Source: Phycisphaerales bacterium
GTDB taxonomy: Bacteria; Planctomycetota; Phycisphaerae; Phycisphaerales; SM1A02
Assembly (NCBI GenBank): GCA_036475395.1
Contig: JAZFYE010000126.1
Coordinates: forward strand, 6,850 to 70,849
DNA length: 64,000 nucleotides
Direction: 5' to 3'
The translations under genes and the position numbers were made by a program. Of this stretch, positions 8,061 to 16,366 are shown one piece after another; position 1 is the stretch's first letter; the number at the start of each line of letters is the position of its first letter. The notes beneath the pieces were generated by a model. That model was not told the DNA's origin, searched no databases, and saw nothing but the letters and a program-made list of their open reading frames with translations.

Positions 8061-9671
8061 GTGTCGGATTCGATCATGGGTGGCACCATGCCGGGACGGA
8101 TGGAATTCGAGTTTCAATTCAGCCAGGCCCAGGCGCGGCCGGCCGCTGCGAGCCGCGACAAGTGGCCGATGCGCATCCTGATCATGGGTGACTTCGGCGG
8201 GCGAGGCCACCGCGGACGGCCTGACGACGCGGCCCCTCTGGGCGATCGGCCCATCATGCGCGTGGACGTTGACAACTTTCAGGACGTGATGTATCGCGTT
8301 GCGCCGCAGCTGCATCTGCGGCTTGGCGGTGCATCCGGACCAGACATGACCGTCCAGTTCAGGCAGCTCGACGATTTTCACCCAGATCAGCTGTATGGAA
8401 AACTGGAAGTGTTTCTGGCCCTGCGGCAGTTGAGAACGCGCCTGCTGGATCCTGCGACCTTTGCCGAGGCGGCGGAGGAACTCAAACGTCCAGCGGGAAC
8501 CCAGACGGCGTCGACTCAACCGAGTGCAGGTTCCGGTGGTTCGGAGGCGGAGGCTGCGGCCGACGGCGTCGAATCGGAGTTTGAGCGGCTGTTGGGAGGC
8601 AAGCCGGTGGCGTCGCAGGCGCGGCCGGGAACCAGTGCCCACCCCGCAGCGCAGCCGGCCGGAGCGCAAGGCGACGTGATGCGGTTCATCCGGCACATTG
8701 TCGCGCCGCACGTTCTACCGGAAACCGATCCACAACAACGGCAGTTTGTGGCGTCGATCGACGTCATGACCGCAGAGCTGATGTGCGACGTCCTGCACGA
8801 CCCGGCCTTCCAGGCGCTGGAGTCGGCATGGCGCGCCGTGCACTGGCTCATAAGCAGGCTTGAAACAGGCCAGGAACTAGGAATCTACTTGCTTGACGCG
8901 ACCAGGGATGAATTGGCAGCGGACATCAGCGCGGTGGGTAGTGATCTGGAGGCCTCCAAAGCCCACCAGCTATTAGGCGAACAGAGCGTGCAGACGCCGG
9001 GGGGTCAGCCGTGGTCACTTCTGGTGGGCAACTTCACGTTTGGGACCCAACGGCATGACGTGGCGCTATTGGCGGCGCTCGGCGCCATCGCTTCACAAGC
9101 CGGTGGGCCGTTTCTCGCGAAGGCCGAGCCGGGTGTCTTGGGTTGCCGTAGCCTGGTCGAGACCCCGGACCCACACGACTGGCGGCTCGACGATCCCGCC
9201 ACCGAAAAGCGCTGGCAGGCACTGCGCACCAGCTCCGGGGCGTCCTGGATCGGACTGGCGCTGCCGCGCGTGATGCTTCGCCTGCCGTACGGCCGCCAGA
9301 CCGACCCGATCGAGCGGTTCGAATTCGAGGAACTCTCGCACCGGCGTGAACACGAGGCGTATCTCTGGGGCAACCCGGCGTTTGCCTGCGCGATGCTGAT
9401 CGCGATGTCGTTCCAGGAACAAGGTTGGTCCATGCGACTGGGCGACCACCTGGTTATCGATGATCTTCCCGTACACACCTACAAGAACAACGCGGACGAA
9501 TCGACCATGAAGCCGTGTGCAGAGGTCTGCCTCAGTGAGAGCGGCGCCGAGGCGATCCTGAAACGCGGTGTCATGCCCGTGATGAGCTATCGCAACCGAA
9601 ATGCAGTTCGCGTGATGCGGTTCCAGTCCGTGGCGGATCCACCGGCACCGCTGGCCGGCCCCTGGGGGTGA
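8061..9671 (+). CDS. single-chain TssB-TssC-like (VipA-VipB-like) sheath-derived fusion protein lacking the TssC C-terminal ~130 aa
   Basis: The N-terminal part parallels the canonical TssB of this window: PMRILIMGDFGG / MRVDVDNFQDVM / VQFRQLDDFHPDQL versus LPFVMGVMADLSG / LEIDVDNFDDRM / ITFESMDDFSPAAV. After a low-complexity linker it parallels TssC: HDPAFQALESAWRAVHWLI, GGQPWSLLVGNFTFG, LALPRVMLRLPYG versus HHPNFQQVEGSWRGLHHLV, GGEPYGCLIGDYDFD, LTMPRFLSRLPYG. The start is uncertain: GTG 8061, or ATG at 8076, 8088 or 8100. Confidence 0.8.
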   Translation: MSDSIMGGTMPGRMEFEFQFSQAQARPAAASRDKWPMRILIMGDFGGRGHRGRPDDAAPLGDRPIMRVDVDNFQDVMYRVAPQLHLRLGGASGPDMTVQFRQLDDFHPDQLYGKLEVFLALRQLRTRLLDPATFAEAAEELKRPAGTQTASTQPSAGSGGSEAEAAADGVESEFERLLGGKPVASQARPGTSAHPAAQPAGAQGDVMRFIRHIVAPHVLPETDPQQRQFVASIDVMTAELMCDVLHDPAFQALESAWRAVHWLISRLETGQELGIYLLDATRDELAADISAVGSDLEASKAHQLLGEQSVQTPGGQPWSLLVGNFTFGTQRHDVALLAALGAIASQAGGPFLAKAEPGVLGCRSLVETPDPHDWRLDDPATEKRWQALRTSSGASWIGLALPRVMLRLPYGRQTDPIERFEFEELSHRREHEAYLWGNPAFACAMLIAMSFQEQGWSMRLGDHLVIDDLPVHTYKNNADESTMKPCAEVCLSESGAEAILKRGVMPVMSYRNRNAVRVMRFQSVADPPAPLAGPWG

Positions 9672-9696
9672 TACCGTCCGACTCACCGCATGGTGC

Positions 9697-9712
9697 TGCG
9701 TCAATTGACGCA
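9697..9712. promoter_or_regulatory. perfect 16-bp palindrome TGCGTCAATTGACGCA (operator-like or hairpin)
   Basis: Read directly from the sequence, 26 nt after the stop of 8061-9671. There is no flanking U-tract on either strand, so it is not a classical terminator. Confidence 0.25.
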
Positions 9713-9828
9713 AAAGTGAACATGGTCATCGTGGCCCGACACGGTCCAGTTCTGACCTAGCTTCTTCTTGACCGACACTTCCCATTTGACCTTCGCTCGA
9801 CTCCACCGCCGAGCTTTCCGAGCACGAG

Positions 9829-9902
9829 TGTAACCGCCCCCCCCCGGAAACCCAAGTTCCAGTCGCTTGCTGCTGACCGGAATCGACGGTGACAGGCGGG
9901 CC
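9829..9902 (-). repeat. copy B of the ~70-nt conserved element, inverted relative to copy A
   Basis: Reverse complement: ggcccgcctgtcaccgtcgattccggtcagcagcaagcgactggaacttgggtttccgggggggggcggttaca. It differs from copy A at only a few positions. Confidence 0.85.
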
Positions 9903-9961
9903 CAGAAAAAGATTCCCCTCCCCTTTTCTTGCCAGCCATGAACAGTTCGCGCTGTAGATCA

Positions 9962-10642
9962 TTAGAAGAAGAAGGGTACTGGCAATTCGATTTGCCCCCA
10001 CATCTTTGACGTAACGATCACCTTGCATGGCATATAGTCGAACAGTGGCCGCTCACTCTGACCAGGGTAGTGGAACAGACTCTTCGCTTTCTGAGCGAGG
10101 GCCGAAAGGTTCGGCCTCTGTTGTGGTTTCGCATTGTAGGGCCACGGATTCTCGGAATTGAGGACTTTCACGCGGACCTCGAAACGATAAGCATCTGTGG
10201 TCTTGCTCCGACTACAATGCTGTTGCAATCCGGCCTTGATCATATCGGTCACGGCCCCCCAAGCTGCCTGGCCCGTCGCCTTGTTCTCGATGAATATGTG
10301 CTGCATTCCTCTTTTCGATTCCCACTTTACTTTGACGTCCGGGTTGGTGTTCGTCCGAATACACATGTGCCCGTGCCCTCCGAAGTGGTTGAGCGCTTGC
10401 GTCAACGTTTCCAGCTCGAACGTCTTCGCTTGCAATTGGATATCCACGTCTGCGGCCCACTTCTTTAGACCGAGTGCCTGTTTCTCGGCGTGCTTCTCAT
10501 TCTTTAGATCATCGGGATGGCTCCCGACGTAGGCCCTTGCATACCCGCTGATATACTTTAGCAATCCAAAGGCATTTCCCACTTCTTGTCTGCACCTCAT
10601 CAGGGAACCGTGCGCTTCCTTCAAGTCACTGTCGATTGTCAT
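9962..10642 (-). CDS. hypothetical protein (orphan, about 50-55% GC)
   Basis: 226 aa. ATG 10642 has GGGGAGGA 8-9 nt upstream. Composition is protein-like. No recognised family. Confidence 0.65.
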   Translation of the reverse strand: MTIDSDLKEAHGSLMRCRQEVGNAFGLLKYISGYARAYVGSHPDDLKNEKHAEKQALGLKKWAADVDIQLQAKTFELETLTQALNHFGGHGHMCIRTNTNPDVKVKWESKRGMQHIFIENKATGQAAWGAVTDMIKAGLQQHCSRSKTTDAYRFEVRVKVLNSENPWPYNAKPQQRPNLSALAQKAKSLFHYPGQSERPLFDYMPCKVIVTSKMWGQIELPVPFFF

Positions 10643-10714
10643 ATTGTAGTTCCTCCCCGACCATTATCGATATCATTGGAATGATAGTAACCATCTCGCT
10701 GGCGAACTGATAAC

Positions 10715-10727
10715 TGATAGGAATTCT
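10715..10727 (-). promoter_or_regulatory. shared 13-mer TGATAGGAATTCT upstream of orphan gene 9962-10642
   Basis: An identical 13-mer recurs at 11795-11807 upstream of the next orphan gene. It contains the near-palindrome AGGAATTCT. A partial extra copy (gaatgatag) is at 10679-10687. Confidence 0.3.
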
Positions 10728-11015
10728 GATCCCCCGTCACGCCTGATGCAACCATGCGACCGCCCTTCTTGCGACTTTGTCCACCCTCGTTTCACCCCTT
10801 CGTCATCTAGTTTTGAGATGGGATCGCGGTTTTCGACCGCGATCTTGCTGCCTGTCTGACGCCGGAGCGTGCGTCGGTCGTGGGGCGGGCGCGGAATGGT
10901 GCCGGTTGGCAGTTCGTCATCGCACCCATACGGCGAACCTTAGGTCGAATCCCCGCTTCTGATTCCTACTCGCGATCTTCCTGCTGTCCAATCTCCCCAT
11001 ATTCCCCTTTCTTGG

Positions 11016-11600
11016 CTATCTCCACCGGGGTTTCGATCCCGAAGGTGGTGGGAGAACGATTCGGGTTTCGTAGGACGCAGTGCCGAGTCCGGGACCGGCA
11101 TGGAATTCTTTGATATCTACTGTGGCGCCCCGAATCGATATCCTGAACGCAAAAATGGTCGGAGCGATCCTAAGAATCCGTCGGATGATCTCATAACCGG
11201 AATTCGACACAACTGCTTGGGGGACCTCCTTGTTGCGGTAGGTAAAAAGCTGTTTGGTTATGATGTGCCCTTCGGCGTTGATTGCCTTCTTTGGCATTCC
11301 GTGCTCGTCTGGCACCTGGTTCGTGTCGCGGAGCCAACCTCGTTGGTCGTTCGTTGCCAGCTGGCGAAAACATCCGTCACGATAAAATGTCTTCACCAGC
11401 TCTTGGATGTCGCAGCCCCGTCTTCTCGAATCTAGCCAGTCCCAGGTGTGGATCACGTTGATCCCAACGTTGTCAGTACCGACACGATCATTTTCTTTTG
11501 CCATCCTCCATCTGGTCGGTTCGCCCAACTGCTGGCTGTCGCGAGCGGCGAGTTTTGCCATTTGTGCCATACTAAAGCGGGGGGGCGGGACTCTACTCAT
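11016..11600 (-). CDS. hypothetical protein (orphan)
   Basis: 194 aa. ATG 11600 has AAGGAG 6 nt upstream. No recognised family. Confidence 0.65.
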   Translation of the reverse strand: MSRVPPPRFSMAQMAKLAARDSQQLGEPTRWRMAKENDRVGTDNVGINVIHTWDWLDSRRRGCDIQELVKTFYRDGCFRQLATNDQRGWLRDTNQVPDEHGMPKKAINAEGHIITKQLFTYRNKEVPQAVVSNSGYEIIRRILRIAPTIFAFRISIRGATVDIKEFHAGPGLGTASYETRIVLPPPSGSKPRWR

Positions 11601-11794
11601 GGCCGTCTCCTTAAGAATAGTCAGGTCGACACCGGATTTGGAAGAGTTGGGAATCTACACACTTCCATACACGACTGCTGGGATTACGGACCCAGCGGAA
11701 CTCTGTCAACGGTAACGGTCGTGGCCGCAATATCATGAGTGCTCCCATCGTCTCAGGCAGCCAGAGCTTCCAACATGCCTACTCGGCGCTTGAA

Positions 11795-11807
11795 TGATAG
11801 GAATTCT
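11795..11807 (-). promoter_or_regulatory. second copy of the 13-mer TGATAGGAATTCT, upstream of orphan gene 11016-11600
   Basis: Exact 13-nt identity with 10715-10727, in the same orientation and 1080 bp away. Confidence 0.3.
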
Positions 11808-11924
11808 CACCCGCGGTACCGGCGTTAGGCTACTCGTTTGGGGCGGAAAAGCAACCAGTGTTTCTCCTCCGAACGGGGGGCAGCCTCAATTCATTGGTCT
11901 GGCACCCGCTGGGCCGCTGTGCAC

Positions 11925-12152
11925 TCATGCAAATCGCGCGGAATGATCTGACAGGGGCAGAAAAGGGGTCAGGACTCTTTGATTGTGCCGGAAGTCGAAC
12001 AACTCGGGTGCGCCGGGGTCGGTCAGCTGCGCCGTCTCATCGAGGTCACGGTAGGGGAATAAGCCGGCGTCCGAGTTGACCTTTGCGCCGTGGAATTCCA
12101 GCTTGATGGCGCGGTCAAAACCTACCCGTAACGCGTCCTTAGCGTACTTCAC
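11925..12152 (-). pseudogene. N-terminal fragment of an IS1380/IS4-superfamily DDE transposase
   Basis: KLEFHGAKVNSDAGLFPYRDLDETAQLTDPGAPELFDFRHNQ matches the conserved N-terminal pattern (..F.GG.lTSDaGlll.relDe.lgLt....l.D.R...n) of IS1380-type transposases. Only about 57 aa of similarity remain and there is no DDE domain. Confidence 0.6.
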
Positions 12153-12404
12153 CCATTGGGGTCGGCGCTTACTCGGTGCTTGGCGGTGCAGATTCGCCGC
12201 AATCTACACCGGTGAACGCCATGATCGGTTGTTCATGAACGCTGATGTTCTCTGAGAAATGTGGGCTTGAGGTGCGGGCCGTAATTCTAACGCCGATGGG
12301 AATAGGCCGTCGATCATGTGCTGGCCGACTTGTTGACTGACACCGCTGGCAAACTTCACTTCTACACTGTTTATCGTTGAAGGAATGTTCGGCGTCCTGG
12401 TCTC

Positions 12405-12450
12405 TCTAGAAAATGACAAAAGAGAAGAACAGTACACTTCGACCAGTACT
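12405..12450 (-). terminator. weak candidate intrinsic terminator after clpV
   Basis: Minus strand reads AGUAC-uggucgaagu-GUACU followed by guucuucucuuuugucauuuu. The stem is only 5 bp and AT-rich. Confidence 0.3.
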
Positions 12451-12472
12451 TACGCTCGCCGGACAAGACCGA

Positions 12473-15307
12473 TCAGTCGAACGCATACGCAAACTGGCCG
12501 TCCGCCGCGCTCACCTGAACGCGGTCGATCTGCTCACCTTCCATCATGCGCGTCAGGAATTCGTGGCTGATCTCCGGCAGCAACGTGTGGGTAAGGATCG
12601 CGTCCACCATGCGAGCGCCGCTCTCCACCTCGGTGCATCGGTCCGCGATCAGATCGATCACCGCGTCATCGTACATGAAGGGAACCTGGTGCTGCTCTTG
12701 CAGACGGTTCTCGATCCGTTTCAACTGGAGACGGATGATCAACTGGATCATCTCGTCGCCGAGCGGAAAGTAGGGAACCACCACGAGCCTGCCCAGGAGG
12801 GCCGCGGGGAAGACCTTGCGCAGCGGCTCGCGCAAGGCTTTGGCGATGCCTTGCGGATCGGGCATCAGCTCGGGATCCTTGCACATGTTCATGATGAGAT
12901 CAGAGCCGACATTGCTGGTCAGCAGGATGATCGTGTTCTTGAAGTCGATCAGCCGGCCCTCACCGTCTTCCATCCTCCCCTTGTCGAAAACTTGGTAGAA
13001 GATCTCATGCACATCGGGGTGGGCTTTTTCGACCTCATCGAGCAAGACGATGCTGTAGGGTCGCCGACGCACGGCCTCGGTCAGAACGCCGCCCTCGCCA
13101 TAGCCGACGTAACCGGGCGGAGCGCCCTTGAGGGTCGAGACCGTGTGCGCTTCCTGAAACTCGCTCATGTTGATGGTGATGACGTTCTGCTCACCGCCGT
13201 AGAGCACTTCAGCGAGGGCCAGGGCGGATTCGGTCTTGCCGACGCCGGACGGGCCCACCAGAAGGAACACGCCGACCGGCCGAGCGGGATTGTCCAGACG
13301 GGCCCGTGAAGTCTGGATGCGCTTTGCGAGTGCCTCAAGCGCGTGCCGCTGGCCAATCACACGCTGCTCCATGGTATCCGCCAGGTTGAGCACCGCTTCG
13401 ATCTCGTTCTTGACCATTCGACCGACGGGGATGCCTGTCCAGTCGGCGACAACTGAAGCGATGGCTTGCTCGTCAACGCTGGGAAGGATCAGTGGATCCT
13501 CGCCCTGGAACTCTTCCAGCTGCGCCTGAAGCCCCCGCAACTCGTCCAGTAGTGCTTGGCGTTGCTCTGCAGTGAGCGGCTCATTATTGCCGCCGTCCCC
13601 AATCGGCGCCGTGGCGGCCACAGTGACCGAAGTTGGGTCGGCCACCGCGCTGGCGACACCGTCGCTCGAATCGACCGGCGGAATCCCCGATCCGCCTTCG
13701 CTGCCCATTTCTTGTTGCTCTGCGTCATCGGCTTCGCTCTCAATCGTACCGGGGGGCTCTTGGCGCAGCTTGCCGCGAATATCAAGGATCTTGCTCACGA
13801 GCTCCCGTTCGGTCCTCCAGCGCTCTTCCAATTCAGACACGCGATTTCGTTCACTTTCGAGTCGTTCGGCGATCTCGGTCCGACGCGCCTCGTGATCCAA
13901 GCCGACCCGCACCTCCCGATCGATGATTTCCAACTCGGTCTCCAGCGCTGCGATGCATCGCCGACAATCGTCAACCTTGGCAGGTGTCGCGTGCTGTGAG
14001 ATCCCCACCCGCGCGCAGGTCGTATCCAGTACGCTGACCGCTTTGTCTGGCAGTTGGCGGTCAGCGATGTACCGATGGGAAAGCCGCACCGCCGCCACCA
14101 ACGCCTCGTCAAGAATCTGAACCTCGTGGTGCTTCTCCAGGGTTGAAGCGAGTCCCCGCATCATCCCTACCGCCTTTTCCTCGGACGGCTCATCCACCTT
14201 GACAACCTGAAATCGCCTGGTGAGCGCAGGATCTTTCTCGATGTACTTCTTGTACTCACCCCACGTTGTGGCGGCCACCGTCCGCAAGGTCCCGCGGGCG
14301 AGCGCAGGCTTGAGCAAATTGGCGGCGTCACCCTGTCCGGCTGCACCACCGGCCCCGATGAGGGTGTGCGCCTCGTCAATAAACAGAATGATGGGCTTGG
14401 GCGAGGCGTGGACTTCCTCTATGACCTGCTTCAGGCGGTTCTCGAACTCGCCCTTCATGCTCGCTCCAGCTTGGAGGAGTCCAAGGTCCAGAGCCCGCAG
14501 GGAGACATCTCGCAGGGCCGGTGGAACGTCGCCCGCCGCGATGCGAAGCGCGAAGCCCTCGACTACCGCTGTCTTGCCCACGCCCGCCTCCCCGGTCAGG
14601 ATCGGGTTGTTCTGTCGCCGACGCATCACGATGTCGACGATCTGCCGAATCTCCCCGTCCCGTCCGACAATCGGGTCAATCTCCCCGTTGCGAGCCTTCT
14701 CGGTAAGGTCAACGGAGAATCTCGCCAGCGCCTCCTGCTTTCCCATCTGGGCAGGTGGGACCGCTCCGCTCGCTTCCCCTGGCGACACGCCGCCTCCCAC
14801 CGCCGAGCCATCGGAAGCGACCAGCGTGTCCTCGACGGACCCACCGACGATCTTGTCAAACGAATCGCTGAGCTCCTCAGCCTTTACGCGGGCGAACTCG
14901 TTGGAGATCGCCAACAGCACGCTACGGAGTCCCGGCGTCTTGAGAATCCCGACCAGAACATACCCCGTGCGAACAACCGAATCGCCAAACATGAGGGTGC
15001 TGTACGTCCATCCCTCGCGTACCGCTTCCTCAAGGTGCGGGGAAAAATCCGAAATCGACGTCGCGCCGCGTGGCAATGCGTCAAGCGACGCGGTCAGGTC
15101 TGTTGCCAGTCGCGACGGATCGATATCGAAGTGATCAACAATCCGATGCCAGTCGGTGTTCTGCGTCTGCAACAGCTGATGAATCCAGTGTGATAACTCA
15201 ACATACGGGTTGCCACGCATCTTGCAGAACACCGTCGCCGCTTCGACGGATTTGTAGGCGAGGCTGTTGAGTTTACCAAAGAGGGATGCCCGGGGGATTT
15301 CTGCCAT
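12473..15307 (-). CDS. clpV: T6SS AAA+ ATPase ClpV (TssH)
   Basis: 944 aa with an ATG start. Clp N-domain start MAEIPRASLFGKLNSLAYKSVEAA. Two Walker A motifs, GEAGVGKTAVVEG and GPSGVGKTESALALAE. It sits after tssG. Confidence 0.95.
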   Translation of the reverse strand: MAEIPRASLFGKLNSLAYKSVEAATVFCKMRGNPYVELSHWIHQLLQTQNTDWHRIVDHFDIDPSRLATDLTASLDALPRGATSISDFSPHLEEAVREGWTYSTLMFGDSVVRTGYVLVGILKTPGLRSVLLAISNEFARVKAEELSDSFDKIVGGSVEDTLVASDGSAVGGGVSPGEASGAVPPAQMGKQEALARFSVDLTEKARNGEIDPIVGRDGEIRQIVDIVMRRRQNNPILTGEAGVGKTAVVEGFALRIAAGDVPPALRDVSLRALDLGLLQAGASMKGEFENRLKQVIEEVHASPKPIILFIDEAHTLIGAGGAAGQGDAANLLKPALARGTLRTVAATTWGEYKKYIEKDPALTRRFQVVKVDEPSEEKAVGMMRGLASTLEKHHEVQILDEALVAAVRLSHRYIADRQLPDKAVSVLDTTCARVGISQHATPAKVDDCRRCIAALETELEIIDREVRVGLDHEARRTEIAERLESERNRVSELEERWRTERELVSKILDIRGKLRQEPPGTIESEADDAEQQEMGSEGGSGIPPVDSSDGVASAVADPTSVTVAATAPIGDGGNNEPLTAEQRQALLDELRGLQAQLEEFQGEDPLILPSVDEQAIASVVADWTGIPVGRMVKNEIEAVLNLADTMEQRVIGQRHALEALAKRIQTSRARLDNPARPVGVFLLVGPSGVGKTESALALAEVLYGGEQNVITINMSEFQEAHTVSTLKGAPPGYVGYGEGGVLTEAVRRRPYSIVLLDEVEKAHPDVHEIFYQVFDKGRMEDGEGRLIDFKNTIILLTSNVGSDLIMNMCKDPELMPDPQGIAKALREPLRKVFPAALLGRLVVVPYFPLGDEMIQLIIRLQLKRIENRLQEQHQVPFMYDDAVIDLIADRCTEVESGARMVDAILTHTLLPEISHEFLTRMMEGEQIDRVQVSAADGQFAYAFD

Positions 15308-15346
15308 AGTGGGCCTCTCAGTACGACGCCAAACCAGCGTCTATTG

Positions 15347-16366
15347 CTATGCCGCAAGCGGCCGAAGAACAACGTCGTCGCGGTCTCGGCAACTCTCTTT
15401 GGTCCTTAGCCACGTTGTCCAACCTAGCTGTCCCAACATGCCGAGTTGAAGGCGCGGCACTTCCTTCGCCTTGAGTACCAATTGCACATCCCAGTCAAGC
15501 TGGTCACCCAGGTAGCTGCGCACCCAAGCAAGAACGCGACAAAATGCTCGCTGCGTCGGAAGGAACCTGCACAGATTCTGGAACGTCAGCGGACCAATGA
15601 CAATACGAAACTTTTGCTGGCAAGACCAAAACCGAGTTCCGATGACCAGAGTCCTGCCCATGACACCTGTGGTCGGTGCCTGACCCAGCGAACACCGGGC
15701 ATCGTCCGGAAGATCGATCCATCGACCAACAAACTGATCGATGCGCGCGGGGACGCCGAAGAAATCGGAAATGATCGCCTCCAGACCCTCTGCGTTCTTG
15801 GACAAGCATGCCAGCCGTCCAGAGTAGTAGAGCTTCGCGTCGTCCTGAACGGCGTCACGGTGCTGCAGCGACTGCATGCCGACCCCGACAAGGCAGGCAA
15901 CATATGTTGCGATTCGATCCTCCCCTGGCCGATCACGTTGTACGGTCTGTTGGCAGCTCGCCCACGCACGGTAGAACAACGAGATTATCCGGTGATGAAA
16001 GATGTCCAGGAACTCTGCTGGGGCGGAGTCCTTATGGTTGAGCTGTCGATCCCGAATGTACGCGGTGACGTGATGAGGCATTGGACCGTTCGGTCCAAGC
16101 AGCCCCGTGAACCGCACGAGGACCCGAAGCACGCGGCCGGGTGATCCAAGTGAGCACCGAGCGATTGTTGATGGCGCGAATGCGAGGGACGGTTCCTGGC
16201 CGAAGCGAGCCGGGTCTTGTTCGGGGCGTTGAGAGCAGCCAATGCGCGGGGCGGTTGGGTGCGCACATTCCAGTCTTCGAAGCGCCTGGAAGACGTCGAA
16301 CGAATAACAGTCTTGAAGCAGACGGTCGATCAGCTGATCGGCCGCAGACCTGCTCTCGTGGGCCAT
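15347..16366 (-). CDS. tssG: T6SS baseplate protein TssG
   Basis: 339 aa. The CYSFDVFQALRRLE motif is typical of TssG/ImpH. It overlaps the end of tssF. Confidence 0.9.
   Translation of the reverse strand: MAHESRSAADQLIDRLLQDCYSFDVFQALRRLECAHPTAPRIGCSQRPEQDPARFGQEPSLAFAPSTIARCSLGSPGRVLRVLVRFTGLLGPNGPMPHHVTAYIRDRQLNHKDSAPAEFLDIFHHRIISLFYRAWASCQQTVQRDRPGEDRIATYVACLVGVGMQSLQHRDAVQDDAKLYYSGRLACLSKNAEGLEAIISDFFGVPARIDQFVGRWIDLPDDARCSLGQAPTTGVMGRTLVIGTRFWSCQQKFRIVIGPLTFQNLCRFLPTQRAFCRVLAWVRSYLGDQLDWDVQLVLKAKEVPRLQLGMLGQLGWTTWLRTKESCRDRDDVVLRPLAA

Noticed and set aside
12413-15193. Long plus-strand ORFs (298, 304 and 275 aa and others) antisense to clpV
   Set aside because: They are Arg/Ser/Pro/Ala-rich with no motifs, as expected for antisense frames of a high-GC gene. 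clpV on the minus strand has unmistakable AAA+ motifs across the whole interval.
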